From NCBI GenBank assembly GCA_000697335.1, contig JNEM01010760.1:1-59569 (forward strand): a DNA stretch of 59,569 nucleotides, given 5' to 3'. The notes beneath the pieces were generated by a model. That model ran no database searches, was not told where the DNA came from, and saw nothing but the letters and a program-made list of their open reading frames with translations. Shown piece after piece: positions 12,761 through 26,949 of the stretch. Each line of letters opens with the position of its first letter. Position 1 is the first letter of the stretch. The position numbers and the translations under genes are program-made. The DNA is from Conidiobolus incongruus B7586. Its lineage: Eukaryota.

Positions 12761-14334
12761 TACTAACCTACAAAAGTAAGTTATAAAATCAAAAACATTT
12801 ATATTTTTACTAATAACTTAATTAATATTTAATGAAATAAACTTAAATTAAATAGTTAAAATCTAATATATTTATTAATTATATATATCATTAAATAATA
12901 ATATTTAGCTATTAATTAGCTAAAATATAAATCTTTAAATTTTACCTAAGGTGAGTTATAAATTTATAGGTTTTTGGTGATAAAAAAAAAATTAAAATTT
13001 AATATATCTATCTTTAACTTTTTTAACTTCTTTAAGTTTATAGGGTATAAAATCAATTAACTTCTTATATCAAAAAGGGTTAATCTTGTTTTATACTTCT
13101 TAAACATATTTTTAAAATTAATTTAAATTTTTTATTAAGGGGAAAACTTTAATAGCTTTTTTTAACTAATCTTAAAGGTGTTTAATTAGATTAAGGTTAA
13201 AAAATTAAAAAAGCTACTTTATAACTATTATCTTGTTATTTTTAAGTTATTTAAAAATAAAAGTTATAATATAATAAAAAGTACTATCTTACTAGAAAAT
13301 AACATTAGATTTATTTAACCTATATTATTTAATTGTTTTTTTTTCAATTTATTGTTTAGAATACTTTAGTATATTTTAGTATTAATTCCCTTATTAACTT
13401 TATAAAAATACCTTATACCTAAAAATAACATATATCCTTAAATAATAAATAACCTATTATTATATTTTTAGGTAAAATTAACATAATAGTTATAAAATAA
13501 TTTTATATTTTTTTTTAAAACATTTAACTTTTTTATTAAATCTACTAAAATATATTTTTATTTTATTAAACTAAATAACTTTATTCTAAATAATTTTAGT
13601 TTAATATTATTAGTAATATTTAAACTCCTACTTAATTTTATAATAAGATTTCTTTAATTAAAAGTGTTTTTTCTTAAAATATAAATGGTATCTATATTAA
13701 TATAGAGTATATATAATAGTATTAATGTTAACTAATATTCTTATATTATTTTATAGTTCCTATTATATTTCTATAATAATATTATATTTACTTATATTAA
13801 CTAACCTATAAATATATTTCTTATTATATTTATTTATAATTTTAACACATTTAAATTTAAGTTTAAATGTTTTTTTATTATTATTCTTAATAACTTTAAC
13901 TATAGTAAACTAACTAATATTAGTAATTCTAATAATATTATAAATTGATTTACCTACTTTATAAAGTTGATTAATATATAAATAAATTTTTTTAGAGAGG
14001 GATTTAAGTATAAAAATATTAATAAAAAAATTTAATATATCTATAAAATATTATATAAAATAATAACAAAAAGAGAAAAAAAATATAGTTATATATTGTT
14101 AAATATATCCTTTTATCTCAAAAACCCACAAATTTATAATTTACCTTAGTTAAATATTAAAAGTTAATATTTTTGCTAATAGTTTATTAAATATATTTAA
14201 ATATATTTATTTATTATTAAATAATATACTTTAATTATATATTATAGTTTTAAGTAATTTAATATATACAATTGTTTTAGTTATTAATTAATATATATAT
14301 TTTTGATTTTAGAACTTACTTTTGTAGATTAATG
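12761..14334 (-). mobile_element. Full-length Tc1 (DD34E) copy, hypermutated
   Basis: TA-flanked TIRs TACTAACCTACAAAAGTAAGTTATAAAATC...GATTTTAGAACTTACTTTTGTAGATTAATG, 1574 bp, a colinear reverse complement of 1672-3243. Confidence 0.93.
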
Positions 14335-14336
14335 TA

Positions 14337-15100
14337 TGATTTATAATTATTATTCATTAGAACTTGTTTTTATATTAAAAATTAAAATCACTATTTAAAA
14401 ATTTTATTAGTTAAAAAATCTATATACTTTATTGGTAACTTTTTAACTTTTAAGAACTAAATTAAAACCTTTATACTATTATAATCTATTATAATAATTA
14501 ATATTTTTGATATAAAATATTCTTTGTTTGAATTTAAGAAGAGGTTTGTTTTAGTTTAACCTAGCATTTTAATTTTTGTATAAAGAAATATACACCAAAA
14601 TCTAAGATTCATTTATTTTCATGATATATTATAAAAGCTCAAGCTCCTATTTATATTCTTATAAGCTATTTTATAACTATAGATAACCTAGATTTTTTCT
14701 AAATATATGTCAAAATATATGATAATTATTTTATATTTTTCTTAATTAAACTAAGATTAAATTTTGATATATAATATACTTATAGAATAAATTTTAAAGT
14801 TTTTTGGAAATTTTGTTAATAAAATAAAAAGATAGTTTTTAATATATTTTTTATTTTCTAATAATTAGAATAATAACAGCAGAAAATATATTATCAAATT
14901 TTATCAAACTTTGGATAATTTGTTTTCTAGCTTTAAAATTACAAATCAAGCACTAGTATAGAGTTTCAGATAATATTTCATCTATAAAAGCTGAATATAT
15001 ATATTTTGAAGGATTTTAAAGGGTTTGTTGTTTAGTTTTAATAATATTCAAATATAAAACTTTTGATAATTGATCTTTATCTTAATTATGTATAAATTTA
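14337..15100 (+). mobile_element. Probable Ty3/gypsy pol (RT) relic into which the Tc1 at 12761 inserted; may continue upstream at about 12400-12760
   Basis: Decayed RT-like motifs in the expected order: KSLFK/ILLVKKS (about 14385-14420, cf. SP[WF]ASP.LLVKK), NLRRGLF* (14531-14554, cf. DL.SG[YF].Q) and QAP (14640). CpG-free and heavily frameshifted. Confidence 0.4.
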
Positions 15101-16476
15101 AGTTCTAAATTTTTGAATCAAAAATATAATAATAATAAATATAATGATATAAATTTATTTTAATTATAATTTGATATTCAAAACTTTTAATATATTTAAA
15201 TAATCAGAATTCCAAAGAGTTTCATTTTTTATTTTCTGACCTTATAAACCAAATTTACAATAATAATTTTAATAAAAAATGATAATTAATAAAAAGTTAT
15301 CCATAATTTATCAAATATATATTTATAAATTGGGTTATTATGAGTTTAAATTAATTATAATATAAAAAAGGAATTCATAATTAAAGATAATATATTGCAA
15401 TTTTGTGAAAATTTATTAATATATGGTATGTATATTTAGGGTAAAAATTTATTATAATTCTAATTAAAAATTAATTTGTTGTTCTTTGGAAATGTGAATA
15501 TGATTAAAGTATTATACCTTTTGAAAATCAAATCAATGAAAAAAGTTACAATAATGTTATAAACTACAATCAGTAGCAGTATAACTTTAATATGAATGCG
15601 TCAAAAAAATGAGCATTGATGGAATAAAAATATGTGAATATGAAATATAATCATCTATAAAATTTATTTATTTTCATAATACCTCTATACAAATAATTCA
15701 TTTCAATATCTCAAAAATACTTCTCAAACATTTCTCATAAATTTTTATTCGAAATTTGAAAATTAAATTTGAATTCCATTAGATAACTACTCATAATACA
15801 TAAAATTACCAAATATAGTAATTGATAAATAATTGAAATTTTCAAATTATAATCCATATACTATTTTTAAATTTTTTATAATTAAATTTATTTTGGGGAT
15901 AAAAATTTTCAATATAAACGGTAATATTATTGATCAATATTACTGATTATCATAAACACAAATCCAAATTTAGCTCTCAAATATATTAAAAAGGTACTAT
16001 AAAGTTATTCTTACTTGACATTAATCAAATATTTTTGTAATTAAATAATAAATATTAATATTGAGTGAAAAATCGAAGGAATCTTGAAATTTTACAATAA
16101 ATTTGTTGGGAAAAATTGGATCATGTATATTCAAATAACTGTTTCAATATCTATAATACTCAAATTATACTAAAAATCAGAATAATATATTATTAACTTT
16201 GGACAAATTGCAATAATTTTCAATTATTTTACTTAACAATAAATGCAAATAAGAAATTTTAAAAAATTTGATATTTAATATAATTAATAAAGTTAATAAA
16301 CATATCCTATAAAGATTAAATATTAATTATTATAAAATATTTCCAAATAGATGATATCATAAATATCAATATCAATACCAAAATAAAAATAGTTGAATAT
16401 TGATATGGTTAAAAAACTTTCATTTCAAAATATTGGTAATATGAAAAGGAAAATCTAATAATAGTTACAGAGTGTT

Positions 16477-16478
<2 letters not shown>

Positions 16479-16508
<30 letters not shown>
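16479..16508. repeat. (AT)15 microsatellite
   Basis: Uninterrupted AT dinucleotide run. Confidence 0.9.
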
Positions 16509-16510
<2 letters not shown>

Positions 16511-16888
16511 ATAGATTCAGATTAGTGAATCCATTGTGTGGTATTAAGAAGTTGTCACTTTAGAATGAGAGTAATCAAGGAGATTTATTTGTTCTGATAT
16601 CTGATTATATCATTGTTGAATGATAGATTTTATAAAGGTCAAGCTAGATATAAATCGAGTTAGGGTATATTCTAGCGTTGACAAAATACATATTTAAGAT
16701 GACGATTGCAATATAAATAGGTTTTCGAGTGGAGTTTTACAATATAGGATGATTGGTTTGAATTAATTAAATTCAATGGTAGCTGTACTCATGTTCGGAA
16801 GAGGTCGAGATTTAGTAATATTGATTTCATTTTACAATTGGATTTTTTTTTGAGTTCGATCTCTTTATATTTAATATAAAGAGCTTGG

Positions 16889-17747
16889 TTAAATTCTTGC
16901 ATTGATGATAGAATCCCTTAGTCTCTCCATCTGACTAACACTCTTGTGATCGCGAGGATTTACAGCTCTGGGGTCAATCGTAGGTAGTATGGGAATCAAG
17001 GGTACATTCAACGAAGGCAGAGTCTTATAAAAGACATTGGAACTTTGGCATAGGGTTTGAATTGCTTGATTCATCATGATGCGACTACGTTCGTCCAGGA
17101 CTTCCAATTGTTCTGGCTATCATAAAGTTTGATTAGTTCGTATTTTGAAGAAACATATTTGAGGAATAGTATTACCATTATGGGCTGTGTCCAATCAACT
17201 CCAGTTAAATCGGTTTGATATGGGTTTAAAATGACAATTGGATGAAATGGATTGAAATTCCTAAACAATTACACAAATTACTTAGTATGATTGGCCTATC
17301 GGGTTAATTAAACAAAATAAATGAAAATGATTGACTGATTTGTTTGGTTCGGATAATTAAGACACAATATATTTGTGAGTACCTTGAATTAAAATGATTT
17401 GACTGATTCTTGAGTGTATTGGGGTGATGAGGATGCGGTTGGTGTTGAAAATTCCTTGTATTGGCTCCATTCTCTCTAAAGTGAGTATTAGAGGAATTGG
17501 GATCTTTGTTTTTGAAGTGATGGGGGTGATGGTGGCTGCTATGTTGCTGATTATTATGTGGTCGTTGGTGATTTTCCTCAAAGTTTTTATTGCTTGTGGT
17601 GTTATTAAAATTTTGTCTTGGCTGTGTTCTTCTATTATAATGAGCCTCATTGTAAGGTCTCTTTTTATCGTCTCTAAAATTATTTGAGTGCATCCCTCTA
17701 TTTGGATATCCCCCTCCATTGGGACGTCTATTATTTCTAGTGCTCAT
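16889..17747 (-). CDS. Hypothetical protein, ~225 aa, with an N/H/Q/R-rich low-complexity N-terminal half; 3 exons
   Basis: Exons 17383-17747, 17176-17260 and 16889-17116 join in frame (678 nt) through GT-AG introns with CTAAG/CTAAT branch sites, uniting three ORF-track fragments. Confidence 0.7.
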
Positions 17748-18700
17748 AATATTTTTTTATAATAATAAAGGGTTTTTGCTATGATATATTTTTTAAATAG
17801 AATATAATATTTGAATATTTTTCAATTCTATTTGATTATAAAGAATTGAAAGGTTTTTTTATAACCAAAGACCGAATGAAAAACTAATCACTTTCAATTG
17901 GAGAAGTGAAAATTGATTTGAAATATGCGCTCGGAAAAAAAGTGTGAATGAAATTTGAATAATTTAATTCTAAAATAAGAAAATGAATGGGATAAGTTAA
18001 TAAATTTATAATTCAATTGGGTTAAATTCATTATTAACATAATTATGGGAAATACTTTGAATTTTTGAAAGTTCAAATATGACATCATGTCATCTGATTA
18101 ATTGAATATTTAGCTTGATGACTATTTATCAGTATTAGGTATAATTTCCTTTTTGATCAATATATTGATAATTAATAGAGTGCAAATAGAATATTAATAT
18201 AATTGATATACAGATCTTCATCGTTGCTCATTTTCTCAAATATTTTATTATCTTATCACCTGTTTTTCAATATATTTTTAAAACATCATTATATAATAAA
18301 ATAATAAACTAAACTCAATTTAGAATAAGCATATGAATAATAATTAGAAATGATATTTAATAAGGGTACATAATCATCATTATACAATCATTAAATTAAA
18401 TTAAATCAAATTTTACTTAAAAAGATTGAGGTGAAAAAACTAAAGCAAATCCCATAATGAAAATATATCGAAATTTTAAATTATAAAATAGGTGGATTGA
18501 GGGACTGCAAATAATCTTAAAAAATCCAGTCAAATGAACAAATAACATTAATTAGGTAAATCAAATTATTAATTAATAAATAATCCAGAAACTTTAATAT
18601 TTTTGATAAGTTCTTTAAGTAATTCATTTAATATCACTTGATATTTATCCCAAATGATTTAATTTGTTAGATCATTTTCAATTTTGTTTTATTAATCAAT

Positions 18701-19759
18701 ATGCAATCTTCAAAATATCCTCCTCCACCACCTCCTGCGCCTCCGACAGCGACTCAAGGGATTATTTATGATTTAAATGATCAGCTGGATTTTTTAGATA
18801 AGATGATTGATATGAATCAATCAACATTAAATCAAATTAACGAATTAACTAATACGATACAATCCAATCCAGGTAAATCGACTGAATTGGAGAGTAATTA
18901 TTAAATTAACCTTAAATTAGAATATAACCCAACTCAAGGAAGGAGTTTATTAAATCATTATAGCGAAGCTATTGTACATAATTCTATTACCAAAGAGTAA
19001 CCGTCTAATGTTTTTAATTTAACGAATTTTACATATTAATCCATATGTAGCTATGTAACTAAATCTCTTGAATTGTTAAATAATTTAATCGATATTCATT
19101 ACCCTAATGATCCTTTCTTTACCTCACAATTGACTCAGAAAAAGAAATTGGCTGAACCATTTGAAATCAATAATACTCATACACCTCAAGTTAAAAAAAC
19201 TAAAACGTAATCTTCTTTATTTATAGTATCATATAAGATTATTAATAGATGTTCAATTTAGTTCTAAACCAAAAGCTCAGCCTATTAAACCTCAAATACC
19301 TCTTGTTAAAGGAACTAGAGTAATTATTGACATTAAATCCATTGACAATCAAACAATTAATTGTTAAATTAGGTTGCTTCATTACCAAAAGGAAATGAAG
19401 AATCCCAAGAATGGATTTTGTCTACAGTGATTAAATGCTTTTCAGACCGAAATCGTATTGATGTAGAAGACGCTGAAGAAGCTGAAGATGGCGGCAAAAA
19501 ACAAGTTTATTCAGTGAGCAAAACCCAAGTGATTCCATTGCCATTAAGAACTTTTCCACCACCCAGATATCCTGCAAACTCCACAGTTCTTGCTCTTTAC
19601 CCCAATACCACTTGTTTCTATAAGGCTACCGTGATTAAACCTGTGAATGATCCCGATATTCCCAATTTGAATGAGTGTTTGTTAAAGTTTGAGGATGATG
19701 AAGATAATCAACATTTTGTAGATGGTTATTATGTGTTAGAATATCCTAATAATAAATAA
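18701..19759 (+). CDS. SGF29: SAGA-associated factor 29 (tandem Tudor), 282 aa, 5 exons
   Basis: Exons 18701-18872, 18921-18996, 19051-19206, 19262-19319 and 19373-19759 are in frame (849 nt). The C-terminus has EWILSTV, DVEDAE, VLALYPNTTCFYKATV and LKFEDDE. Confidence 0.92.
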
Positions 19760-20096
19760 TAAATAAAAATAAAATGAAATCAATTAGAAATAAAATATAT
19801 CACGCTAAGTTTTGTATGAGAATTCATTTGCTCGGATATTATTAATTTAACCTAATTTAATATTTGTTAATAATTTAAATTCAATTTTAGAATGTTTTTA
19901 TATTTATTGGAGTATTACTCTTTTTATATTAGTCAAAATGATTTTTTTCTTAGAATTTCAATTTAGTATTTTTCTACAATATATATTATGTATTTACCAG
20001 AAAGTAATTAATAGTATGTATCTATTACGCTAAACAAAATAGAACTTATTGGTGTACGATGTAAGAAAGGAAATGCTATTAAAATATATTCTGGTA

Positions 20097-21914
20097 TTAT
20101 TGTGCTTCAAAAGCTTTCGCCAAGTCCCAATAATGGTCACCTTTACCCTTGCCCAAAAATTCCTTGGCAATTGCATCAGTGGGACATTTCTTAAATCTGA
20201 ATCCTTTGAAAATAGGATTGGAAATTTGTCCTTCCCAAACTAAATGACAGTAATTACCGTCCTTGGCTTCTTTCTCTCCGGATTGAGACCCTTGTTCTTC
20301 ATCTACTGACATGTCATCTTCATCATCCTCATTATTGTCGTTGCCGTTTGACCATTTGATACGCCTGAGCATTAACTTTTTATAGGCTTTGATTGATTTG
20401 GGACTTCCCTCGACAATAACAAGAGAGAATGGTTCTGCTTGAATGACTACACCAGATAAATGTAATTGCTGGGCATTCTTATCAACCTTGAATTTGAATT
20501 TTGGATGCGTCAAATCACCCACTTTATATACTGTACAATGGTATCCGTAGTATTTGAGTTCTTCTGCAAGTTTTCTTTCTGCTTTTTCGCGACGTTGATC
20601 TGGAGTGAGTTTTCTATCTTGATTTTGTTGCTCATGTGCTTGTTTCCTTAGAGCAACATCTCTCCTGACTTTGGCTTCGATTTTAGTTGGATCTTGTACC
20701 GATTCGTTGGCTAGAACTCTCATCAAATTGGATAACTTCACCTTGGGTTCTTCTGGAGGTAATAATCCAAGTCGAATCTTTTCACGTTTTTCATTGAGGT
20801 CGTGTTGACGTCTCTGTCTTCTCAACTTTTTCTGTTCTTTCTTAGTTAGCATCATTGGTTTAGCGGGGAGAGGGGCTGTAACTGATGCTGGTTTAATGGC
20901 GACAGGGTGATGGATGTAATTGGTTAGTCCAGCCTGTTCGGATAAGTTAATACGATTGGAGTCAATATCAGTATATGTCTGACTTGGCAGGAATGGCGAA
21001 TCCCACCATTCTACCACTGGTGGAGGGTCACGTTTCAATGATTGGTCTCCAGTAATCAAATCTAGTTTATCCTCGAGACCAGATCGCTTAGCAGTGTTAA
21101 GAATTTGTTCTTTGAGTTGCTGGGCCTTCAATTCTGCACGCATTTGATTTCCTTGGGCAATAAATTTACCTTTAGGATTGAATCTTAAACTGCGTGGTGC
21201 ACGGGGTTTTGGTGCTAGAGTTTCAGTACCTAAAGTGGGATCATAGTATGGATTTTCCGTTGGGTCTGGCTCTTTTTCTTCTTTTTTGGCTTCTTTCTTT
21301 GCGGGTTTCACAGCAATTTTTTGATTAACCTATATAAACAGATAAGTTAGTACTGAATTTTACTTGAAGTCCATAATGAATAACTTTAGCGGTAGCAAAA
21401 TTGGGTTTTGGAATAAATGAATTTTGATTTTCATCAGCTTTTCCATTTAATGATGCGAGCATAGGATGAAGCTGGGAATTTAAACCTCCTGTAATTTTAG
21501 GTGTTTGAACTGTGGCCATTGGATTTCTGGGCGCTAAGTTAGCTGCTTGAATTCGATTCTAAAATCAAATGTTTAGTTAAGTCCAATTAAATATAATTTA
21601 AAATCAATCATCACCTGTGTTTCCAAAATTCTTCTTTGTAAATCACTCACGGATCGGTTACTTGAAGGGGGTCGAATTTGGGGACGAAAACCCGGAGGTT
21701 GATATGTAACATTATTTTGTGCTGAATTATTAGAAATTTGAGTCGTAGGAGCTGGCGGCCTTACTGCTCCTCTCCCATTTGTCATGGACGCTAATTTCTG
21801 CTGTAGCTCTCTCTTTTTTTGCTCCAAGAGTGCAGCCTAAAAAGAGTTGTAAATTAAAAACAAAATTAAATGCTTGAATGAATTTACAGTATCGTTAGAA
21901 TTAGGTGGGTTCAT
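20097..21914 (-). CDS. PRP3: U4/U6 snRNP protein Prp3, 551 aa, 4 exons
   Basis: Exons 21888-21914, 21615-21836, 21385-21558 and 20097-21329 are in frame (1656 nt). Motifs NPYYDP, PPPVVEWWD, LTKKEQKKLRRQRR, PKVKLSNLMRVL and YKKLMLRRIKW. Confidence 0.95.
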
Positions 21915-22291
21915 TATATTTTTAGAATATTTTATTGATTTTGGGGAATTAATTTGAATAATAAATTAATAATATATTATTTGTTTGAGTGATTTGACAA
22001 CTATCAATTCTGTAATGAATGAGAATCAACTTTATATTCCATGCAATTAGATGATTCAATTATGGGATTGAGGTTATATAAATCAACCTTGAATTTATTA
22101 AATGTAACAATATTATCAATATAGCGAAACTTGAATAAAAATAAACAATTAATTTTTTTAGAATAGCGTGACATGAGATTTTATTGTATTAATTAGTCTA
22201 AATTAATATTCACAAAGTAAATCTAGTTGATTATTTTATAGTGAAAATATTTAAAAATACAGTGTAAGGAATACGCGATTGAAATGATAGT

Positions 22292-23419
22292 TTAGACTGA
22301 AGAAACTTCTACAGGATTAGTCGGCTTAGGGTTCAACTGGATGAGCTTATTAAAAAGACAAGATCCCAAAATAATTAAGATAAATCCTCCGACTTGAAGC
22401 CATTGAAATGTTTCCCACCCTAGTCCCATTGCAACAATCCAAACAGTGACAGTTCTAGTTACATCAATAGTAGATCTTGAGGTAGCAGAGATGGATTGAG
22501 TAACAATAAGTCCGAAAATATTAAACAATCCCAAGGACAGAGAGAAGATAATAACAATGATCATTAAATTAAAATTACTCAGTACCTGAATGAATCCGAT
22601 CGACATGTCATAAAACGATCCAGGTCGAGATACTCCTATGAAAAGATGTGTGCAAATTATAAAGATAGAAGTGGTAATCAAACCAAATCCACCTTCCATC
22701 CAAACCAAATCAAGTGGATGAATTTCGAACATACTCATAATTTTCTCTTGAGCCACGAACTGAAGGGCTGCGAAAAATTGTGCAGAAATCACAAGAAGAA
22801 TACCAATAATCCCAGTCAATAAATCAGTGTTACCAGAAGAAGTTTGCAAGTTGTTAGAACGGAGACTGTTACTAATACCCACAATGACCACACCAATAAA
22901 TATACTGTTTAGTCCACTCCACTGGTTTCTTTCGAGGCGTCTCTTCAAGAGAGTAACGGATAGCAGCCCTACGAAAAGAACCATAGAGCCCTTGAGCATC
23001 TGGAAAACAGAAACAGGAATTAATAATAGACCCATGGACATAAGGACTGTGGCAATAAGATCAAATGTGCTGGGAAACCAGACCAAAAATCTGTAGTTTC
23101 CTTTCAGCAATGGTTTGGTATCCTTTGGGACAAGAGGTGTTGTTTCATTCTTGGTTGTGGAGTTGGAAGAAGGTACTATATTTAAAGCTTTGAAAACAAA
23201 GCAAAAGAGTTCACCACAAAAAACCATAATTGTTTGCCATATAGGTTGAGAAAATTTAATGTGGTTGTTAGGATCAGGGTCAGAGCAGTTTCCAACACAC
23301 TGCTCATTCATCAATTTGATAGATAAAGTCACAATAGTTCCTAGAAGAAGCATCATGAAAACCTTGAAAGCCATCCCAAGTTTTGCGTTAACATTTTGTA
23401 TACAATTATTATTTGACAT
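22292..23419 (-). CDS. Second SLC35F6-like transporter paralog, 375 aa, intronless
   Basis: QCVGNC, FSQPIWQT..FCGE, SVFQMLKG, QFVAQEK and SATSRSTID are colinear with 7731-8927. Confidence 0.88.
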   Translation of the reverse strand: MSNNNCIQNVNAKLGMAFKVFMMLLLGTIVTLSIKLMNEQCVGNCSDPDPNNHIKFSQPIWQTIMVFCGELFCFVFKALNIVPSSNSTTKNETTPLVPKDTKPLLKGNYRFLVWFPSTFDLIATVLMSMGLLLIPVSVFQMLKGSMVLFVGLLSVTLLKRRLERNQWSGLNSIFIGVVIVGISNSLRSNNLQTSSGNTDLLTGIIGILLVISAQFFAALQFVAQEKIMSMFEIHPLDLVWMEGGFGLITTSIFIICTHLFIGVSRPGSFYDMSIGFIQVLSNFNLMIIVIIFSLSLGLFNIFGLIVTQSISATSRSTIDVTRTVTVWIVAMGLGWETFQWLQVGGFILIILGSCLFNKLIQLNPKPTNPVEVSSV

Positions 23420-26400
23420 ATTGAAATGATAGTAATGTTTAATGGTATATAATGGAGGATAAAAGTATTAATTAAATTAGACAAAAAGGGAACGAATATT
23501 TATAAAAAAGAATATATTAAATTCATACGACTAAGGGTTTATATATAAAAATTTTAAAGAATGTGAAATCTCCACTCAGCTTAAATCAGGATATCCTGAT
23601 TAGGTAATATTCAAGAGAATCTGAATGTGACATTAATTTTCATTATAAAGGAGTGAATTTTCAATTGATTTTATTGGTGATTTTAAAGTTTAGAAATTTT
23701 AGTAAGATTTATTGTTGTAATGAAAAATGGAATGACTTTTAAATAGATTGTAACTGATTAAAATGTAATAGTGGAAATATTATGAAAAATTAAGATTATT
23801 CAAGGATTACAATGAGTATATAATGATGACATCAAGCTTCAGTTCTCATAATTTGTCATAATATTAAAGTTTAAATTGGATTAAATATTTAATTAAGTGT
23901 GAAGATTTAATTCAAAACTATGGCTGATTTCAGTTTACTAGTAAGCAAATGATACTATCAACGCAACATCAGAATCAAGTGATACTTTGGTATCAGCTAT
24001 TGTCACCAATTACAACAGATAGTGTGATATAAAGTTTATATTAAATAGATTAAAAATCTGTTTTAACAAACTAATTGTTATTATAAATATAAATAATCTA
24101 TTTAGAATTAATGTGTAATTTGAAGTTTAAATAATTTAACTAAAAAGGGGCGATTACCAATTTAGGAATCTCATACACCTCAACTTTTTCATGTGATTAG
24201 TCAATTGACAAACCATATAATTCCAAATTTGGTATCGTAATAATTCGATTAGCATTTTCAAAACAAGTAGCGGTCTTGAATAAACTTGAAAGAGTTTATA
24301 TTCAGGAAAAATTAAAGGATAATTGATAATTTTTCAATATTTGTTTAAAAGTAATTAATAATCTGGGTGTAATTATTCATCACTCTAATTAATACATGAA
24401 TTACACAAGCTTACTTCAATATGCTCAATGGTAATTGGTTAAAATTCTATATTTGATTAATTCTCATAATAATTATTTTCAAAGTATAAATTTGAAAAAT
24501 TATATTGTTAGATGAATATGTTTGTGTATAAATGCAGTTAATATGATTTTGGCTTAATACAATACCTCTTAAAATAATGAAATATTTATCATTTATATTC
24601 TCAATATTTTAAACTATAAAATTAACATTGATTAACATTTATCAATCCAAAATTAATTATAAAAAACCTGAAAATTTTAAAATATATATGATTTTCTAAG
24701 GCTTTAGTGGAATATATTTTATCTTTTTTATTATTATTTGATTTGTTAATTACACTATATATCTGTATTTTAACTTTATAATTCAAATTTAATAGTAAAT
24801 TATTAAAAAATAAACAGTGCTAATGAAAAGTGATAATGATCATGTAACCTATTATATTAGATAATGGTAAAAATATAAAAACTTTTCAATTCTAGTATCA
24901 GATTATTTCAGCACAGAATCTGATGAATCATTATCCAATATAAAACCTACTCTATGTTCTCGCTACAATTCACCTATCCAGACCTTTTGACAACTCTCTT
25001 GAGTTTCTATCAAAATTTACTCCAACCTTAGCACTCTAATTTAATATTATTTAGAGATCCATTTAGGGACTCTAATAAATTATAAATTTGTAGTTTAATA
25101 AATTTAATTTATTAATTGTCTATATATCAAAGCTGAACTATTGTAATTTAAAATTTGAACGTGATCTTGACTTTATAGGGATTTCAAGTCAACTACGAAT
25201 TGTTATTTGATTACTATTTCAAATTGCTGGGATTATTTTGGTAAATTATGCCAACTTGTTATAAACAATTGCAAATAAATTATGTATATTGGTTTATTTA
25301 ATAAAATCAATATACCTAATTCATACCTCAATTATGAATTTTTTAAGATAAATATTTTTCAAAGTTGATTTATATCTCAAATTTTAAATAATTTGGTAAT
25401 ATAGATAATGAATATTTTGATCGGTTCTAAAAAAATGCTACAAATCAGATATATTTTGTATTCTATATTATACATATAAGGAATGAATACTTCATTAATG
25501 CCTGATATTTCAAATAATATATCCATTATTTTAAACTAAAATAAACCATTCAAAATTCAGTTTTTAAAATATATTAATATGAAATGATTTATTTAAGCAT
25601 TAATTTTAAATATAAAGTTTACCATGGATACCACTTTTATTATTTGCTAGATGAAAAATACTAACAATGTTTTAAGAGCAATTAGAGCAATTTTAGGTAG
25701 TGATTTGACCTTAAGCCTTTTCAATAATAGCATATATTTTACCCTTATCCTTTGCTTCATATTTGCAGAAATTTTATTTCCACTGGCTGAGTATTTTTTT
25801 GATTTTGTGATAAACTACAATTTTAGTCTTTAAAATATTGTACAAGTTGTGTTGCAGAACAAAACTTCAATCAATGATAAGGAATAGCTTAAAATTTGAA
25901 TAGGTCTAAATCATTTATATTGGAAGATGACAGATTGTTTAGAATAGTAAATAGTATCCCATAGCAACGGTAATTGATTGAAATAATATTTTAATTATAG
26001 GATTAGGTAGTGATTCATGAAATAATAAATGAGATAATACTTTATGAGTGAGAAAAACACGAACCAAATTCTTTTAATCTAATTATAATAAATTTTTATA
26101 ATGAATTGGATAAACATGAGATATTGTCACTTAAATAAGTATAAAAATTTATGCTTTATTGAATAATTAATATGTAAGAAACAATGAGCCAAAATATTAC
26201 AGATGTATTCTTTTACTTAATTCGATTGAAAAAATAAAATAGCTGAGTAATGCTTGGAAATAAAAGAACTATATTTATCACAGTTTTTTTATTAATTGGA
26301 TCTTTATTGATTTTACTATTTCATTTTTCTAAAACATTGCTAAAGATATCTATTTTACCCAACTTCTTAATGTTACTCTTAACAAATTCAATTTTTGAAT

Positions 26401-26949
26401 TTGAATTACATAATTCTTTTTTTGTTCGATATATGGTGTGCTTATACTGTTTGAATTTAGCAACTACAAAATTATTTTAAATCTCAAACCTCTCCTGTAA
26501 ATATGAATCTCTCTCTTTCATCCGTTTTGTTATATTTTCCTTTTCAATCCTTATTTCATAATTTGCTTTAATAAGGAAAAATATACTGTCAAAAATATTA
26601 ATTAAATCTTGGCTTCAAAAAAAGTTAACTTATTATTTTTTAAATTTTAATTGAATTTTAATCATTCATGGCTACTGGTTGTTTACCAGTTCTCTTCACA
26701 CATTATCTCAAAATATTAATCTGACCATTAATTATTTTGATATATATTTGAATATTAAAATGTTCATCTAATGGTGGTTTAATATCTTTCAAAGTATTAG
26801 TTTGGAAAGAAATGGTAAATTTCTCAATTTCAGGTTTTTCAAATATATTATTTAATTTAATAAATAAATTTTATCCAAAATATAAAATAGAATCAATTCT
26901 TTGAAATCATATAATTTACTCTAATAATAAATTTCTCATTAAAATATTT

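Noticed and set aside
16861..16883. Hairpin CTCTTTATAT-TTA-ATATAAAGAG just past a stop codon
   Set aside because: A short AT-rich stem is plausible by chance, and there is no supporting conservation.
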